A DNA stretch of 64,000 bases from Candidatus Saccharimonadota bacterium (GTDB lineage Bacteria > Patescibacteriota > Saccharimonadia > Saccharimonadales > Saccharimonadaceae), in assembly GCA_905372785.1 (NCBI GenBank), contig CAJPQG010000002.1, positions 57,166-121,165 on the forward strand. The letters are read 5' to 3'. This document shows, one piece after another, positions 63,767 through 64,000 of the stretch. Both the position numbers and the translations under genes were made by a program. The stretch's first letter is position 1; every line of letters starts with the position of its first letter. Under the pieces are notes generated by a model. The model saw only the letters and a list, made by a program, of their open reading frames with translations, was not told the origin of the DNA and made no database searches.

Positions 63767-64000
63767 ATGGCTCGCTCTAATTTCGACTACGACATTATTG
63801 TTATCGGCAGTGGCGCAGGTGGTAGTATTGCCGCAACACTTGCAGCGCGTGGCGACCAGCGAGTTGCTATTGTGGAAGCAGCTACCTTTGGCGGTGAGTC
63901 GCCAAACTGGGGCGATATCCCAACAAAAGCCCTGCTGCACGCAGCTCAGCTATACCGAGAGGCCAAAGCCGGTGCTAAATTCGGCATCCGCTCATCGATG
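63767..64000 (+). CDS. 5' part of an FAD-dependent pyridine nucleotide-disulfide oxidoreductase (dihydrolipoyl dehydrogenase-like); runs off the window
   Basis: The FAD-binding motif DIIVIGSGAGGS is followed by GGESPNWGDIPTKALL, where the family normally has GGTCLNVGCIPSKALL. A GGAGG RBS lies upstream. Confidence 0.75.
   Translation, partial: MARSNFDYDIIVIGSGAGGSIAATLAARGDQRVAIVEAATFGGESPNWGDIPTKALLHAAQLYREAKAGAKFGIRSSM

Noticed and set aside
1-64000. I looked for a CRISPR array, transposase or integrase genes, rRNA, tmRNA, RNase P and SRP RNA.
   Set aside because: I saw no regularly spaced direct repeats, no DDE/tyrosine/serine recombinase motifs, and no tRNA-like 3' domain or conserved SRP/RNase P boxes in the larger spacers (374-974, 18962-19182, 31570-31790, 52034-52250). 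Covariance-model scans would be needed to be certain about small RNAs.

Overview
This window is 64 kb of a compact, gene-dense bacterial chromosome. It has short spacers and several start/stop overlaps, and it uses the standard genetic code (TGA is a normal stop, for example at murT/gatD). The gene content resembles a Candidatus Saccharibacteria (TM7)/CPR-type genome, but that assignment is inference only. The supporting genes are murT-gatD, an LPXTG surface protein, a type IV pilin, a short ComEC, RimK, a short HrcA, a fused TsaE-TsaB and an HTH-MurA fusion. The core content falls into these groups:
- Peptidoglycan genes: murB, HTH-murA, murT, gatD, a class A PBP and murJ.
- One-carbon metabolism: folD and glyA.
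- Recombination and repair: recA, recX and ruvABC.
- Chaperone regulon: hrcA-grpE, dnaK and dnaJ, each preceded by its own CIRCE operator.
- Other housekeeping genes: ftsH, tilS, rny, proS, gmk, yebC and comEC.
- RNA genes: 8 tRNAs, all with an encoded CCA end.

Five parts are unusual:
- lepA (EF4) is cleanly split at the domain II/III linker by a 2.2 kb insert. The insert has lower GC by rough hand count and carries three orphan genes with their own terminators.
- A rimK / RimB-like aspartic protease / putative MATCAP-DUF1704-like metallocarboxypeptidase cluster sits next to dnaJ.
- A tatA-tatC operon is wedged between grpE and dnaK. It is followed by a mini Tat-signal protein and a signal-less beta-helix (pectate-lyase-fold) protein.
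- A Clp-type double AAA+ protein appears membrane-anchored and is coupled to a small membrane protein.
- Two surface proteins carry different tandem two-cysteine repeats.

I saw no CRISPR array, transposase, integrase or rRNA. All domain calls come from reading motifs by eye; no searches were run.
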